Both the position numbers and the translations under genes were made by a program. A stretch of 64,000 nt of DNA from an uncultured Actinomycetes bacterium. Its GTDB lineage: Bacteria; Actinomycetota; Acidimicrobiia; Spongiisociales; DATADW01. The stretch covers positions 910-64,909 of the forward strand of contig CAVTEU010000003.1 of assembly GCA_963733905.1 (NCBI GenBank). Reading direction: 5' to 3'. Within the stretch, counting starts at the first letter, position 1. Each line of letters opens with the position of its first letter. The notes below the pieces were generated by a model. It was not told the origin of the DNA and did no database searches. It saw only the letters and a list, made by a program, of their open reading frames with translations. This document shows positions 63,897 through 64,000 of the stretch, piece by piece.

Positions 63897-64000
63897 TTAC
63901 TCGTCCATAACAGCGACATACGGCAGATTCCGATAGCGGCCGGCGTAGTCGAGGCCGTAGCCGATGACGAACTGTGGGCCGATGCTGAAGCCCACGTAGC
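63897..64000 (-). CDS. hpt: hypoxanthine phosphoribosyltransferase, C-terminal end (5' partial, start beyond the window)
   Basis: rc translation ...[33 protein letters not shown] then stop (taa at 63897-63899); the HPRT C-terminal signature. Confidence 0.7.
   Translation of the reverse strand, partial: YVGFSIGPQFVIGYGLDYAGRYRNLPYVAVMDE

Overview
This is a high-GC (~70%) actinobacterial chromosomal segment. The backbone is a conserved minus-strand housekeeping cluster in the order hpt - ftsH - folE - folP - folB - folK ... DUF2520 - panC - coaX - lysS ... clpC. To my recollection this is the same order as the Mycobacterium clpC1/lysS/coaX/panC/folK/folB/folP/folE/ftsH/hpt neighbourhood. Two accessory blocks interrupt it.

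Block 1 (about 34.2-58.3 kb) holds an OmpA-family lipoprotein, a DUF72 protein, and a partner-switching module (GAF-PP2C phosphatase, RsbW-like anti-sigma kinase, two STAS antagonists). It also holds a 13-gene array of paralogous ~390-aa polytopic membrane proteins (39471-54780). Neighbours in the array have overlapping stop/start codons (ATGA, GTGA, TGATG). I cannot assign the family from memory. A divergently transcribed AfsR-like SARP/NB-ARC/TPR regulator sits beside the array.

Block 2 (about 4.4-30.2 kb) holds two tandem ~6 kb genes for giant proteins built SARP wHTH-BTAD, class III nucleotidyl cyclase, Ser/Thr kinase, STAND NTPase, TM segment, WD40 propeller. Their central ~3.5 kb is ~98-99% identical while the ends have diverged. 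The block also carries a vanadium-haloperoxidase-like secreted protein, a polyprenyl synthase, an MFS pump, a DEAD-box helicase, a PlsC acyltransferase, a VWA protein, a PTP-like plus F420-nitroreductase-like ORF, an MBL lipoprotein, an HExxH protease with RTX repeats, and a Zn-ADH.

Many genes show single-base frameshifts, including essential ones (lysS, panC, ftsH, folK, folB). I take this as evidence of indel-type sequence errors rather than mass pseudogenisation, so every broken-gene call here is provisional. I recognised no rRNA, tRNA, CRISPR array, transposase or integrase.
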